A DNA stretch of 63,797 nt, counting the filler, from Octopus bimaculoides (Eukaryota): the NCBI RefSeq assembly GCF_001194135.2. It is 9 parts of 8 records of this genome, joined end to end, with 100 filler letters (N's around TTAATTAATTAA, not from the genome) between each part and the next. Parts side by side here need not be neighbours in the genome. Positions count along the whole stretch, not along the records: positions 62,511 to 63,797 come from NW_026424529.1; 8 more parts are not named here. One strand, written 5' to 3'. The position numbers and the translations under genes are program-made. Of this stretch, positions 62,921 to 63,797 are shown piece by piece (the first letter of the stretch is position 1; the number at the start of each line of letters is the position of its first letter). The notes under the pieces are model-generated. The model was not told the origin of the DNA. It searched no databases and saw only the letters and a program-made list of their open reading frames with translations.

Positions 62921-63309
62921 TATAATAAAATAACAGTAATAAATGAGTGAAGAAGAACAATATTGTGCGTTTGGTCATTTGGCAAAAAAAAACAAAACAA
63001 AAAAAAAATAAATAAAATGACCATCCCGAAGTAAAACAATATCTATTTCAACACACGATTTCACATCAGGAATCTTGCAAAACGAATTGATAAACGTATA
63101 TATACATATCTAACTAACAAAGATTTACTTCAGCTAATTCACTTCGAAGATGCATCTACAACAATGTGCAGTGGAAACACGTGTAGGTCGTTGTAATATG
63201 TTGTATGTAACAATAAAGTAAGTTTTATGGATGTGCAAGTCTCCATACTCCTTATTACACAATACAAAGTAGATTAATTTCATAGGGTTCAGGATGGTTA
63301 CAGCTGCTA

Positions 63310-63317
63310 CTCGGAGT

Positions 63318-63400
<83 letters not shown>

Positions 63401-63765
63401 GTCTGTGTGTATGTGTGTGTGTGTGAGTGTGTGCAGAGAGAGAAAGAGAGAGAGAGAGAGAGAGGAGAGAAAGGAAGAGAGAGAAAGAGAGAGAAAGGGA
63501 GAGAGCCAGCCAGCCAGCCAGACAAACAGATAGAAAAATATAGCTGGATGGATATATGCGAATATACGTATAATTATATATTCATATATGTAATCATATG
63601 TATATGTATATATACATATCTATATTTTTATACGTATATATGCATATGTATATATATATTTATATATTTATATGTATACATATGTATGTACATATATATA
63701 CATATATACATATGTATATACATATATATATTTATATACATATATATATACATATGTATACTGTA

Positions 63766-63797
<32 letters not shown>
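63310..63797. repeat. (TA)n, (TG)n, (GA)n and degenerate TA arrays
   Basis: Direct reading. Confidence 0.95.

Noticed and set aside
2161-63533. Dozens of ORFs rich in YI/CV/HT/MY or poly-X
   Set aside because: Translations of dinucleotide/tetranucleotide repeats or N gaps; no coding evidence

Overview
AT-rich, gap-ridden draft eukaryotic scaffold saturated with microsatellites. It is most likely Octopus (inferred from the recognisable tRNA/CORE-type SINE set; not verified by search). No protein-coding gene can be supported: every long ORF is either a microsatellite translation or spans an N gap. The window is a transposon and microsatellite landscape. It holds about 40 SINE copies from 5 modular families (named A-E here), remnants of Penelope (GIY-YIG), RTE, RLE-type (R4/Dong-like) and CR1-like retroelements, two mariner remnants, a THAP-domain transposon 5' end, and several MITEs with readable TIRs/TSDs. 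The most interesting signal is a set of minimal type I hammerhead ribozyme (HHR) motifs, both intact-looking and variant-core. They lie in short elements next to or inside (TA)n/(TG)n tracts, some inside the internal microsatellite of a SINE, and one lies downstream of a Penelope GIY-YIG remnant. Eight 44N-TTAATTAATTAA-44N blocks are artificial assembly spacers. SINE boundaries are approximate (+/-10-20 nt).
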